DNA of 64,000 nt from Camelus ferus (GCF_009834535.1 NC_045707.1:49602001-49666000), one strand, 5' to 3'. Counted from the first letter of the stretch, positions 13,943-27,489 are shown. Made by a program: numbers and translations. Notes: generated from the letters alone by a model not told the origin.

Positions 13943-14189
13943 TATTTCTATTCTCAAGTGCCATATTATCACATTATAGAAATAAAGGTGTGGCTATGTG
14001 ACTGGATGCCTTCTGGGAAGAGAGTTCTCTGCCAGTGAGCACATTCTATAGGGAATCAAATTAAAATAATCCCATTCACATTTCATGGCTCAAGAAGTCT
14101 TTACATCCTCTCCTGGAATAATTCAGGACCCCCTGTCATGTTTGCAAAGTACTCTGCTTTTACTGTCAAGTCACTCATTAGATCATTTG

Positions 14190-14320
14190 TTCAGAGTTTA
14201 TCTCCCCAACAAGAGAGTGAGCCTCATGAGTGCAGCCATCATGTTTGCCACGCCTAGTGCTGCATTCAAAATGCCTACCATGGTGCCTGGCACAGAGAAG
14301 ACCCTTAACTGACATCTGAA
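14190..14320 (+). mobile_element. L2 3' end
   Basis: 'agagtgagcctcatgagtgcag...tggtgcctggcacagagaagaccctta'. Confidence 0.6.
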
Positions 14321-14383
14321 AGAAGCAGAAGTGGGAGGGAGGGGAGAAAAAAAGAGAGAGGGAAAGGGTGGTTCTTTACCTCA

Positions 14384-14948
14384 TGTATTAGTCGTTTGTT
14401 GATGTATACAAAATCATCCCCAAATGAGCAGCTTAAAACAACACACATTTGTTTACTCACACTTTCTGGAAGTCATAAATCTAGATATGGCTTAACTAGG
14501 TCCTCCAGCTCAGGGTCTCTCACAAGACTGCGGTCAAAGCATCAGCCATCTCGAGGTTCAGCTGAGGCTGGATCTACTTCCAAGCTTACTCAGTGGTTAT
14601 TGGCAGGATTTGGTTCCTTGCAGGTTGTTTGACTGAGGACCTCTATGACTTGTGGCCTGAGGCTGCCCACCCTCATCTCCTTGCCACATGGGCCTCTCCA
14701 CAGGGCAGCTCACAACATGGCAGCTGGCCTCATCAGACTGAGAGAGAGCCAGAGAGCAGCAGCTCAACTTAAGCCACAGTCTTTTATATCCTAGTCTCAG
14801 AAGTGATATCCCATTGCTGTTGCCATATTTGTTTGTTCGAAGCTAGTCATTAAGGCTAGCCCACACTCAAGAGGAAGGGGTTACACAAGAGCATGCATAC
14901 CAGGTCTTAGGAATAACTGGGGACCATCTTAGAAGGCTACTTAACACA
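14384..14948 (-). mobile_element. MaLR solo LTR (MLT1F-like)
   Basis: 'tgtattagt...gcttaaaacaaca...cagctcagggtctctcaca...gccacatgggcctctccacagggcagctcacaacatggcagctgg...ggggaccatcttagaaggc...aca'. Confidence 0.85.
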
Positions 14949-16859
14949 CTTAAGCAAGGAATCTGAAAAAAAAAGGAGTTGGCTAAAAACTTCTGTTCAG
15001 TAGAATTAGTCAAAGTTAGACTATTACATCCCTCTCCACACTAGGGAGAATTACTCTTAATATGGCAATAATAATAAATCTATTGTTTAGATTATTTTTG
15101 CTTTGCTAAAATCTATTTTAGCAAATGTATGTTAAAGCAATTATCATATACTCAAATGCCACTTGACTTAAAAGTATTCTTTGGAAGTGGTTCTAACAAA
15201 CCTGACTTGTATCTCAGGCAAGCCTTTTCTACTACATCTGAGAAACTGAAATGGTCAGTCTTTGGTAACCGAAGGAAATCTGGACAGAATATACACATTC
15301 CAGTAGAAAGCAAGTGCGCTACATTCTCCATATTTCTCCTCACCCACAGGATGTGCTGTGTGGTCTGTAAGAGAAAAACATGTAAATGTAGGCAGAAGTC
15401 CTGAATAAACCAAGGAAAGTATTTGTGGGCAGCTTAAAATGGGTGAGTCTCTTTCCATGAAGGGATGGGTGTGCCACAGTCTTGACCAGCAAGTACATGC
15501 AAATGGACCCATCCATAGCTCTAGTCTAATTCCTGCATTCCGAATAAGCAACCAGGATATTATTATATACACTCTAGTCTTAAAACCCTTTTAGATAATT
15601 GCCCCTTTTGATTCTCTCTGGAACCTGCCAGGTATTTGGATGGGGCCAAAACAAGCAGCTATATGCAAATCCTTAAAACCTCTCTGATGGTGTACCTCTT
15701 TAATTATTAAGCATCTTCAGAGGCTGTAAGCCAGAGAGAAAAAAATTAAAGCCAGTTACTGTGTGTCCCTGTGGCCCTGAAAATCCTTTGGCTCTTGTAG
15801 AGGTGCTTGGTGTTATCCTGAAAGCTTTATCATAATCCAGTCATCCTCCCAAATTTGGAGTTGCTTTTATTCAGGCACATTCAGAGGTCAGTCTGTAATC
15901 CAATGTCACTGCAAAGAGAACAGGCTTGATCTTCTTTTTAAACCTCAAGCTAAACCCTCAGCCTAGTAATTCATGCAGAGCATTAAGGACCATGAGATGC
16001 CATAAAGCAAAATCCAACATCCCAAATAATCTCTCAGGATTTCTACTAACACATTTTCTGTTCACAAAGGCTAAATTGTGTTTGAATAGTTTATGCCCCA
16101 CTATCTGTGAGACTGCATCATGCCATGTACAGGGGAGACAGCATTATTATTTTACTAACAGTCTTGCTTTCTGAAGGGTCCTTCTTATCCATGGTCATTG
16201 CTGCTTTGCAACAGCACGATTATGGGCTGACCATCCTTCCATATGCTCTGCACTCAGAGGAGCAATTTTACCGATAAATCACAGCGTGACAGCCAAGTCA
16301 TTAACTTAATGACTCGGGGGAAATTTCCCACTGGATGGAAGCATCTGTAAACAGCTAGGACAACAACAGTACAGTCTCTCAGATGAGAGGGTCCTCTCAG
16401 ATGAGAAGATCTCATTTTCAAGTACTGATTTGAGTAGGGTAGATGCCATTATATGGAAAACAATCGTTTCAGGCACCAGCTTATTCTGAACTTAAATCTA
16501 GATACTGACAATCTGTTTCCAATGAAGCATACAAATATTGTCTCGTTCTATTTTTTTTCTTATACTGAAACCTAAGGCATATTAAAAATAAGTGAGCAAA
16601 AATTTTTTACATTCAGCCATGCATATTGAAATTTGAGCCCCTAAGGAATACTTTAGAAGGGGTCCTGCTAGCCACCTTCCAATTCCATATTTTCTCCGCT
16701 TTTATAAACTCTTTACTCACCCTGAGAAGATTGCCTTTGTCTGGGATTCAAAGACTCGAAAACATCCACCTGTAGGCACATAGGCCAAGTTACAAAAACG
16801 CATACAGTATGCCCTGGCTGAAGAAATTGACAGCTACTTAGAAACTATTACCAAGTAAC

Positions 16860-17020
16860 ACCTTAGTGTAGAAAGTTAGATAGGATAGGACTTAGTCACT
16901 TAGTCATAGGATAGGACTTTCTCAGCCTCAGTTTATTCATCTATAAATGGGTATACTAACTCTAACCTCTTACAGCTGTCGAGAGAAGTTAAGGAGATCA
17001 AGTGTGTATAGCACTCAGTT
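16860..17020 (+). mobile_element. MIR SINE fragment
   Basis: 'ctcagcctcagtttattcatctataaatggg'. Confidence 0.7.
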
Positions 17021-17074
17021 CATCTTCATCTCTTCACACACATACTACCAAACAGAGCGACATGTTAGAGAAGT

Positions 17075-17295
17075 CACAGGCACTGTGGTCAGGAAGAGCT
17101 GATCAGAACCCTAATTCTGTCCCTTACCCAGTTCCACAAACCTGAACAATTTACCTAACCTCCCTGGACCTTGGTATTATTATCTGTAGATTGGGGATAA
17201 GAATTCCTACCCAGTTGGGCTTAGGGGAGAATCAAAGCTAGGGAAGTAAGAAGCTTATCCTCTGCCTGCCATGTAGAAGGTGTTCAATGAAAGTG
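17075..17295 (+). mobile_element. MIR SINE
   Basis: 'ttacctaacctccctggaccttgg...atctgtagattggggataagaattcctacc...catgtagaaggtgttcaat'. Confidence 0.65.
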
Positions 17296-19975
17296 GCCCC
17301 TCTGGATGACTAATAAGATGATTCCATGTGCCACACAGTTGGGATAACTTCATGAAGTCATAAAGGCAGCACTTCAGCTGTCCCCAGGTTATTTCAGCCT
17401 TTTTTGTTCCTGTAGAACTGAGCAGTTCAAAGAAACTGATAAGAACTGCACAAACTTCTGCTTTGCTCTGGGTCTAGGAAGTGTGAAACCTCTGAATCCG
17501 AGAGCAGTTGTTGCTGGAGTGATTAAGATGATAACGGCTTTCCAGGCAGCAGTGATACCTGCTCATCACCATTAAATACATAGAGAAAATGTTTCCACAT
17601 TTCTATTTGTTTCAGCAGTCTCTAGATAATTACTGAGTGCATATGCTGTAGTTTTAAGAATAGCATCGCTGCTTGTTTTCTTCTCCAGAAAAACTGACAA
17701 GGGCACTGGTGTCTGTTTCCAAAGCATCTCCCTCCCCTCTTATGGCTCTAACATGATAATGATAAAAATAATAATAATGCTTCCTGGTTGGGAGTATATT
17801 GAAACAATTACCTTTGGCTACAAATGCCCAAACATAAGAGCCATGCCGCAGCCTCCCAGGGCCTCAGTGTGCAACAGATATGGTCTTCTTTGGATGTCTA
17901 TCTGAGGACATCCCTTAGAGAACACCCCGGATTCTATCTGTGTTCCCAAGGGAGTAAGACAAGCCCAAGTAATCAGTTTAGAGTATCCAGTCTACTTATC
18001 AAGAGTAGGCAAAGAACAGAGAAACTTCGCCTCGTGTGATATACTTCAGGTCTCTGGGTTATTATTCAGAGTCCTTCAGTGTTACAGGATAGTGTCAAAG
18101 TGGTGTTCTCCGGAACTCCCCAGCATTCATGCAAAGATCCCTGAGGCCTGTCCGAGGCTTGCAAACGTGTGCGAGCATTTCTGAAAGCTTAGTTTGCTCC
18201 TGTGACAGGTGAGAATAATGAGTTTGTTGTGACCATCAAAGTGAATACTCTTTATAATAAATCAGACCTAATGAAACCACACATCGTGTTGTTCTCATGT
18301 CATCGTGTATTGACACGGAGATAAAAAAGTTACTCGACCTCTTTGGATAACTCATAGTGGTACAAAGCCTTGAATGCCAGGCTTAGGGCATTAGAGTGAG
18401 TCCAGTCTTAATGGCACGGGGGGTTTTGTTTTTGTTTTTGGGTTTTTTTGCCTTGTTTTTTGTTTTTTAGCAAAGGATTATCATATATATTTTTTGACTC
18501 AAGTTTTTAGCAAGATTAGCCATAGTAGGCAGAAAAATAGGAGTGGTGGGAAGTGAGAAGGGGCATGAAGGCTGAAAAATCAGAAAAGAAGCTTTTAAAA
18601 GAATGTCTTTTTTTGTGTCTCTGGAGAAGCCAACCCGTGGGGTGGCTTGTTACTGTGGTGCCAGAATGTCATGCAAAATTCACAGGCAACTTACTGAGCC
18701 ACTTCATTAGCATCCCTATACACCATCCTTCTCATTAGTCAGGGAACTAACCTCAGCCAAGTGTCAAAGGGTGGCCAAATGGCAAGCAGAAGGGGCTGAG
18801 GAACGGTGACAAGGGCGTGCAGCCACCCAGAGGTACAGCCCATAACCGCTGAGAAGCGACAGCCGGACCATCCCATTTGGTTTGCAGTGAGAAGAAAAGG
18901 GGCAGCATCTTTGGAGCAAACAAAGCCCACAAACAGGCAGTGTCACATGCAGGAGGTATGACCAGGAACAGCCCAGGGTCACTCCAGGGCTGGGCACCCA
19001 GCAGGGGGTTCACAGAGAGCAGGGTGTGCTTCAGTCCTCTCAGTGACACTTATCCACATGGATGGACACACCATCTGTGGCTGCGTTTTTACTGTCACTG
19101 TATTGCTTTGGCTTTTTTTGTTACTATGAGAAGCAAGTATCTGTATGTAATCTAGATACAGATATATAAACACACATATACACACGCACACACACACCAC
19201 AAATTGTGCTATTACAAATTGCAGATTTAATGCTGCCACTGAACTCGGCAAAATGTTTTTTCTTGAGTTCATACCTTATTCTCTTGGCAAGAAATCATTT
19301 GCTTTCATAATTTGGTGGAGTATTTTCAGATCACAACGTGTCCTTTTGTTTTCAGGACCACTTCATTACATACATCAGTGAGGTAGTGAGGTAGCATGTT
19401 TTTACTTTCTGTGCTTAACAGAAACTGAATTTTTAATAAAGGGAAAATTGAAAAGTAGAGCACCATTAAAACACAAAATTCCTTTCTTGATTGGTTTCTG
19501 GTGTTTACTCACCCCGCCTTGGGAATTGTCTTTTGCAAAGGAAAAGATTTTGGTTCTCTTGAGGGAAACTTAGCAACTACCAGGGCTGCAAAAACCAAAT
19601 AAATATGTGATCCGATTGAAACACAAAAATCAAAATGGCGCTTTTTACCCTCTCTTAAAAAGCTCACTTCTGCTGAAATACTGCACCAGTCTTTTGTCAA
19701 CCTTTGGCAGATAAACATGTGCCATTTCCATTGCCACATGACAGTAGCAACTCTGCCAAATCTGCTAAGGTTCTTGGTAGCATTATAACACTTCATAACA
19801 TAGTGCTTCATATCCCTGGCCTTTATTATGCAATAGCAAATTTGAATACTCATTAAATATACATACCACTGCATATGTTTTCTAGGCCTATGGATTTGTT
19901 TTATAAATAGAAAAATACCAGAAAAAGTTCTCGAAAGGTTTGTTTCTTTAGAGAAATGCCTCTCTTTCAAAATTA

Positions 19976-19977
19976 AA

Positions 19978-20036
<59 letters not shown>

Positions 20037-20102
20037 GAAAAAGGAAAGAAAGAAAGAGAAAGAAAGAAAAAAGAAAAGAAGGAAGGAAGGAAAGAAGGAA
20101 AA
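19976..20102. repeat. (GAAA)n/(GGAA)n microsatellite
   Basis: Perfect GAAA array followed by a degenerate purine tract. Confidence 0.95.
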
Positions 20103-20529
20103 ATCTTGCTAGAAGAATCTAATCATATTAATCTAATTGCCTTTGTTGTTGGATCTGCGTAATCTCAGGAATATGGTTAATGCCTTTATGTTTGTTCAAT
20201 CTTGGTAAAGCTGATTTATCTTGATTGTTTTATCAAGGTTCCTAGTCTTGCTTTACTGGACATGATCTCCAATTTACTGGGAAACTTTCTTAGCTAGTGA
20301 TACTGATTTTCAACTCTATTCCGTTGCCATAGTGAGATGGAAGCCAAAAATCTAAAACCTAGTCAAGGAGGTTTTCTTTTGAGAAAATTTTGGAGATGCC
20401 CCATTCCAGTCTCAAGGGTGACTCTGATATTTTCATTGCCGTTGTCACTAACAATGATAATAATTGTGCACCAGTTACCACTTTGAAGTAGCAAACATAT
20501 TTGCTAAGAGCTGCATTTCTCTTGGTCCA

Positions 20530-20660
20530 CTCATTCATTCTTTTGTACAGCTAGCAAGTATTTGTTGGATGACTATTATGTCAGATATTGTTCTAAATGT
20601 TAGGGATACAGAGATTAATAAATTACCATCCTTTCCCTTGAGTTGCTCATAGTTTAGGAC
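20530..20660 (-). mobile_element. L2 3' end
   Basis: 'cattcattc...aagtatttgttggatgactattatgtcagatattgttcta...tagggatacagagat'. Confidence 0.65.
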
Positions 20661-20824
20661 AAAAAGATGCTGTGGAAATTCATAACATTGATCAATACTA
20701 TAAAACATGTTCCATTTAAAAGGAGGGGACAGTTGGTTGGTCATGATTGCTGGGAAGGCATCACAGAGCAGATGAAAGCTTCAGATTCAAAGCAGGAATA
20801 GAAGGATGAATGAGGAGGCAGAAC

Positions 20825-21785
20825 ATTCATTCTTTCATGCAACAAATAGTTATTGAGTGCTTACTGCATGCCAGGTGCTAGGGATACAGCAGTGATCAAA
20901 CAAAAAATTCCTGCCCTCATGAATCTTTTATTATAGTGAAAGGAGAGTGATTTTAAAAAATTAAACAGAGAGGTGAGTATAGCAAGTGGTAGAGTGCATG
21001 CTTAACATGCATGAGGTCCTGGGTTCGATCCCCAGTACCTCCTCTAAAAAATAAACAAATAAACCTGATCTTTAAAAAAATTAAACAGGTAAAATATGTG
21101 GCTTTTTCAGGTGATCATAAGGTTTATGCTTATGAAAACCAAACAAATAAACAAAGGGAAGATATCAAGAGCATCAGGAGTGGGAGGGGTCACAATTTTA
21201 AATAAAGTGGCCAAAGAAGGCTTCTTTGAGACAATGACATCTGAGCAGAACCCTGAAGGAAGTAAGGGAAGGAGCCATGCAGATATCTAGGGAAAGAGCC
21301 TTTCAAGCAAAGAGAGCAGCATGTGCAAACTCCCCGAGGCTGGACATGGCTGCCATGTTTTAGAAACACAAAGGAAGCCAGTGTGGCTGGAGCAGAGAAA
21401 AATGAGATTTGTGAGTTGAGTTACACCTTGAAGTTTACCCAAAGGACTCAGGCTTTTGCTCTGGATTCTAGTGGAGGGTTGGAGCAGAGTGGTAGCATTG
21501 CCTTCTGTTCTGAAGTATTGAGAACAGACTGTAAGGGGGCCTGAGTGAGAGTAGGGAGACCAGCTGGGAGGCTACTGCAGTAACAATAATGTGAGCTGGA
21601 GACGGGCCCTGTTCCAGGAAGGCAGCAATGAAGGTGGCAAGAACTGATCGGTTTCTTGATACATGTTCAAGATTGAACCAACAGGAGTTATTGATAGATT
21701 GGATAAGGCTTATGAGAGGAAGAGACTCAAGTATGTCTCTGAGAAGAATTTTAGCCAGAACTAGAAGGAGGGAGTTGCCACTATA
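20825..21785 (-). mobile_element. L2 (L2a-like) fragment interrupted by a young SINE
   Basis: 'cattcattc...tattgagtgcttactgcatgccaggtgctagggatacagcagtga...tgacatctgagcagaaccctgaaggaagt...aaggaagccagtgtggctggagcagag...gggaggctactgcagtaa'. Confidence 0.85.
20969..21074 (+). mobile_element. tRNA-derived SINE, camelid Vic-1-like
   Basis: tRNA-like head (A-box-like 'tagcaagtggt', B-box GGGTTCGATCCC 21021-21032), A-rich tail, perfect 14-bp TSD AAAAAATTAAACAG (20955-20968, 21075-21088) at a TTTT/AAAA L1 endonuclease site. Confidence 0.9.
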
Positions 21786-22524
21786 CAGCTAACCTTCATT
21801 AAAAGAGGGTGAGAACATTTTGAGCATCTCTGTGCATAGGGTCTGCATGAAGGAAGGAGGGTAATTAAACACCACTGTTCAGCATGACCCACTTGCACCA
21901 CAAAAAGGCATTTCTGCACAATTTAATGAGAACAAAACTCTATCCTCAGCAGAGAAAAGATAGAGCAAAAGATCTATTCTCAGTGATTGAGGGGAAAGCA
22001 AGAGAAAATGCCTGGTGATGTCAAGGATTGTACTAGTCCTCCCTCCCATAAGTTCCAAATACTCCAAACTAAAAAGTAAGAATCAGAGGTGGCATAGATT
22101 AAATAAAGTTAGCAAGAAACAGAATGTATACAAAGAAAAATGACAAATTGGGTAAAGTAAATTATAATAGGAATGCCAACAATGGCAAACTGGGAAAAAA
22201 AAATAATCTCCAACTAGAATGTAATAGCAAGATATAAATACAAAAGAATATTGTGCCTAGAAAAGATATCACCTTGAATTAGTAGTTGAAAGGTCTGGGT
22301 TCTCTTCCTAATGTTGACCTTTGGGCAAATTAGTTCACTCATAACTTTCGAACAGGAATATTTTTATCCTCAGGGTATGTGCCAATGTGCTAAAGAATAA
22401 AGTTTTTAATTACATTTAAAATAGCATTTAACCCTCAATTTTGCTAAGGATATAGATCTTCCTCTTTAAAAAAAAAATCAAACAAATATGGCTATGTAAT
22501 TGAGTAAAAAATGTATAGGAATTT

Positions 22525-22660
22525 TTCTCATTTATTCAATCTTTATTTATTGAGCACCTACTATGTACCAGCCACTATTGTAGGCAGTGGGTGTAGCGGA
22601 GAACAGGATAGCTGCAGACTCTGACTTCACAGGGCTTGTTACCTTATAGTGAAGACAAAC
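22525..22660 (-). mobile_element. L2 3' end
   Basis: 'tatttattgagcacctactatgtaccagccactattgtaggcagtggg'. Confidence 0.75.
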
Positions 22661-22852
22661 ACTGGACAAGGGATTACAGAGTGAAGCATAAGCTTCTAGT
22701 AAATCGCTTACTTGTGGCAGGCCCCGCAACACCAGGGATGGAGATCACACACTGTTTCACTTCTCAGTTAGTGGTGTATTGGGGAAATGTTGGATGAAAA
22801 CTAACGTAAGCTATGAATCTCAATAGCTCGGAATGGAAAAAGTATTTAGAAC

Positions 22853-23290
22853 TGTGTTAATCAGGCGCTCTAAAAAGCGATCATCAAGAATGTATTAAAT
22901 GTGCAAGCACTTTATTAGGGGAAATGCCCATGAGGATAAAGCTGGGAGGCAGTGGGAGGAGGCTGGAAGAACCATCAGATCATGATGCAAGTCTGACCCC
23001 AGTGAAAGAGAGACACCCTGGATGGGAGGTTGGGTACAAACATCCTTGTTTGCCATGCGGTCTGAGGAATTTTTGTCCTTAAGCCAGAGTTGGCCTGCAT
23101 TATCATCCCTGCCGCCCTCAGTTCCTAGCTGAGAGCAGCAGGTGGGGAGCATGGCCTCAGTGTAAAAGCGGGCATAGCTGTCAGAGCACGACAGACAGCA
23201 GCAGCTGGGTCTTCGCTCAGTGCTGCTGGGCTCTTTGGTCAATTACACTCCCTATATGGAAGGTCTTTACGGGCCATTCTCTTGGCTGCT
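22853..23290 (-). mobile_element. ERVL solo LTR (LTR16-like)
   Basis: 'tgtgcaagcactttattaggggaaatgcccatgaggataaag...catgatgcaagtctgaccccagtgaaag...ctgagagcagc...ggggagcatggcctcagtgtaaa'. Confidence 0.7.
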
Positions 23291-23309
23291 GAAAGATTTC
23301 TTTTTTTCT

Positions 23310-23470
23310 TAATGAGCATAGAGTTTGGAGTCTGAAATAACCTTGGTTGACTCCAGTCTCAGCCACTTAATAAATTTGTGACATTACAAGTCAATTGTGA
23401 AGGTTAAGTGAAATAATACCTGTAATGTGCATGATATGATACCTGGAACATAAATGATGGTCAGTAGTGT
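23310..23470 (+). mobile_element. MIR SINE (internally deleted)
   Basis: 'gagcatagagtttggagtctg...cagccacttaa...ttgtgaaggttaagtgaaataa...cctggaacataaatg'. Confidence 0.65.
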
Positions 23471-26400
23471 TAGACCTGCCCTCTTTTCCCTTTGACTGTA
23501 GAATGCATTCGTTGGTTCAACATACATTTTTGAGGATCTTCTGTATGCAAGGTAAGAAGACAGGGTGAGTTTGTGAAGGGTCTGAGATATAGTCTCTCCC
23601 CTCAAAATTGCTTTACTAAAAAATGCAAAAGCATAAAATGCTACTAAATACTCAAATGGAATGAGAAGGAAGCAGGATCTTTGGGAGGTTAAGCAGCATG
23701 CACATCTCACTACTTGAATTGTTGGTGAAGTTGAAGGCTCGAAAATTCTTAGGAGAGATTCTGCCTTCCTAAATGTTGTGAGTTCATGATGCTTGGAAGA
23801 ATACATTTCTACAGGTGAGGCACGGTTTATAAACTCAACACTAGGAAGACCCTTAGTGGAGCACAGATGGTGCATCCTTGTTGATCCAGCCCCTTGCCAT
23901 CGCAATGCTCTTCCAAACCCTTATGTTATGCCTACCAGCCCTCCTCTCAGATTGTCTGCATGTTACACTGGAGACAGTGCGGTGTGTCAGTTTGCCCCTC
24001 AGAATGCTTCCCCAAAGCCCTTTCCTGACCATCTTATTGGCAGAGCAAAGCACTTGCGTTATTGCTCCAGGCGTGTAAATTTGTGCTTCGTGTATCCAGA
24101 TGGCTCCCAATTGAAATCAATTTAAATATGGCTTGATTACACTTCAGTGGTGCAAGAATTGTCTTTCCAAGAGTATAGAGAACTTGGTGAATGTTCTGGG
24201 AAAATAATTTTAATAATAATTAATTAAATAAGGCTCAATTTGAGCTGAGAGAACTAGCCTCAGTTCTCAGCAGGATTACAGACTTGCTCTGCAACATCAG
24301 GAAAGTTATTTGCCCTGTCTGGGGCTCCAGTCTGCATCCGTGAAGTCTGTGTGAGCCCAGCAGTGGGGGAGGATGGGATGCAGAAAGGCAGCCGGCAGTG
24401 ACTGGGCACCTAGAATGTGCCCAGCACCAAGTTAGAAGCTTTGTGGTCATCCTCTCCATTAAGCATCGAAGAACCCTTTGAGGGAGAATCATTTATTCAG
24501 TAAATTCACATTAAGAGCTTGTGCTAGTCACTGTTAGCAGGAGGGCATAAGGTAGTGAAATGAACAGGTTGTTCCCCTTCTTGTACCATGAGCACCGTTT
24601 CACAAGATGAAGACACTTGAAGCTTAGGAACATGAGCTATGCTGGTAGGTAGTGGGTGGAGACTTGAAAAAAGGTCTTCTGACTCTAGAAAAGCAAGGCT
24701 CTCTCCTTCCCTGCTGCCAGTGCTTCTCAACATTTTTTTATAGTAATGAAAGCCTTCCTTCCCTGCAGGGCCTTTCTAGACCTTATTTTTCCTAATTGCT
24801 AATAAATACTAATATGTCACATTGGTCTGAGCCTTGGAGAGCTGAGATTGTAATGTCTAAGACATTTTCACTCATACCCAGAAAAACTAATTTTCACTCT
24901 GGTAAGCGTGAGATTCCTCCTATTGAATGAATGCTCTACACCACATTCTTTACATCTTTGGAGACACCAACACTTTTTCAGGCCCAATGAGTATTGGAGT
25001 TAAAAAAAAAAAGTATAAGGCATGGTCCCTACTCTCAAAGAAATTACAAACTCCTAGCCACAAGATCCCATGATTCCAATTCTTGATATACTTAGGATTA
25101 CTAGACAGAAGATAACAACGAGGAAATGAACTACCAACTTGGCAAACAACGAAAGGTTTCATCGGCATTGTTTGCTGAGTTAACTGTATGGTGATGTTGC
25201 AGGCCCAGACTTGAAAATAGGGCAGATGCTGTCTTATCTTGGAATCTAAGGGACTGACTCTGTTAGCAACGCCTCCAATGAGTCTCCATTGCCTCCTGTC
25301 TGTATCTTTTATACCCCATCAGCTAGAAGGCCTGGTTGAAATAATTTGGCTCACTAATGGGCTCATCATAAATGATACAGACTCCTCTAATCTCACTCAC
25401 CTCCTCCACATTAATGACACTGGATGGGCACCGGTAGGGGCTCTTTTATTCAGGGGAAAAAAAAGGATTTTGATGAATCCATTGCTCACAGGCACAAGAA
25501 AAAATTTCAAAACCACTTTGAAATTAAACCTTCTGTGGTCTGAACAAGCATGATTGTCAGTACTTTTATGTATTTCCAACGTTGCCACAATTAATATTTT
25601 AGAAGGAGCTTCACTGGTGACATATTTAGACACAGAAATCTTAATATTCATTTCCCGGCAGCCACATTCCATGGCTCAGCAGAGCAGAGGGAGCCAGTCA
25701 AAGCGGCAGTGGCCCTGCCAGAGGGAGCAGGATGTAGGACTGCAGGGGCTTATACTTGAGCCTCTGCAAAGCCCTTCTGCCTTCCCCTCTCACACTGATG
25801 CCCAGGGAGCTGAGGAAATCGCTCTGCTCTCAGCGCCTCCATCAGGCTGATGTCTAGCACCCTGGGGGATAACCACAGTTATTTATAGATAAACCCCTCT
25901 TGGAAAGGTCAGATTTTATGATGTGTTTATGACCCTCTCTGACCAAATAAGTTCATTTGCATTGGATTCTGGGGTCGGGGGCAGTAGTTTAAGCAGATTC
26001 AATTCATTTCTAGAGCTCTGTGCCTGGTTACGTGAAGCGACATTGGGCTCGGTTACCTGCACAGAAGTCTAAGAAGAGAAGTTGCTACTTTAAGTCCCGC
26101 CTTCACTCTTCCTGTCTTGTCTACCCCTGAGTTAGAGAGTTTAGCTGTCTCCAACCAGAGCTTGTCATTCCTGTGGGAAGATCCTGAGAGAGGACCCTTT
26201 GCACACTGGTCACTTGCCATGTCTTTTATGGCCAATGAGGACATCCAGTGACAAATCAACTTGAGCGTATGTACCGGGCGTGGGCATGGGATCCTGGCTG
26301 GAAAGCCCTTTTCCAAGCTGAGTCCAGAAGCAGCCTGTGGGACTGCTACGTTCATAGATGCCACATTTGTGACTGTAGCCCTCACCTCCAGGCAGATGAC

Positions 26401-27489
26401 GCCCACGTGTTTCTCTCCAGTTCCAACCTCTCACCCGAGCTCTGGGTCACATTTTCAACTCATTGTGCAATGTTGTGGGAGCAACAAATTCTTTATATCT
26501 AAAACAAACTCTTAAATTCATACCCCCCAAATCAAATCTGCGTATTTCTATCTTTACAAATGGTAACATCATTCCTCTAGTCCCCTAAGCTCAAGAAGGT
26601 GGAGTGTTCTTTATTCCCCCTTGAGCAGACTTCCCAGTTCTGCACACCTCCTACTCAGCACATAGTTTTGCTTCCCTCTCTGTCACCTGACACTTACTCT
26701 CCAGAGTATCTCCTCTGTGTTGTCTCAGGAAAACACTGGAAGACTTTCCCCTGAGCTTCTCATCCAGCCCCTCTCCCACCTCCACCAGGGCTTGAGTACA
26801 CCCATTACCCTCATCTCTTTAAATTCTCTCTGTTCTATCATCTCCCTGTTAAATGGGGCTTGGTACGGCTCTATCTGCACCCTGGCGCTGTCATTTAGCA
26901 CCGGAGCGCTTTCGTCTTCCCTAAAATTAGAAATAATGTCTTCCTCTCAGAGGTGTGGTGAGAATAGTCCAAAACAACTAGGAAAAACTGTCTGGCTTGT
27001 TGTAGACACTTCCATTCACTCATTAACAAAAGCCTTATTAGTTTCCAAACACCGAGCTGGGCACTAGGAGTGATAGTTAGTAGCATTCACTATCCCCACC
27101 TTCTACCCAGTCACTGTTCTGTTTTTCACATGTTAATTTACTTAATGATCACAACAAATTGTTACAATTATTATTAGTTGCAGAAGCAGTTACAATAATT
27201 ATGTCCAGATGAGGATACCAAGGCATGGAGAGAATAAGATCAAATAAAAGTCAAGCCCAGACATGTCTTAGCCACTGCACATGCTTTCTCTAAGAATGCC
27301 ACATTCCCTGTCCTCTCCTGCTGTATAGACAAGTAAACAGTTACAACACAGCATAATAAGTGCTCTAATTCAAAGTCTTGGGGTGTGATGGGAACATGAA
27401 GAAAGGAGAAATATTTACTGAGAGATCAGCAAAGCTCAGCTTTGAAAGACCAGTGTTAGTTTCCTTTCCTTTTGTTGGTTTCTTCTCTA

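Noticed and set aside
16880..16919. Micro-duplication ataggataggactt...ataggataggactt
   Set aside because: Short slippage event inside a decayed MIR with no sign of function.
18995..19015. CTCF-like CCAGCAGGGGG
   Set aside because: The 3' part (TTC) departs from the consensus CGC/CAC; too weak without ChIP data.
19509..19970. 153-aa minus-strand ORF
   Set aside because: Non-ATG start next to a microsatellite, no protein family resemblance and no exon structure.
20969..21045. tRNA gene
   Set aside because: The D-arm/A-box is damaged, there is no oligo-T terminator, and the A-rich tail and TSD mark it as a SINE.
23384..23905. 173-aa minus-strand ORF
   Set aside because: Runs through antisense MIR and L2 fragments; composition is typical of a spurious ORF.
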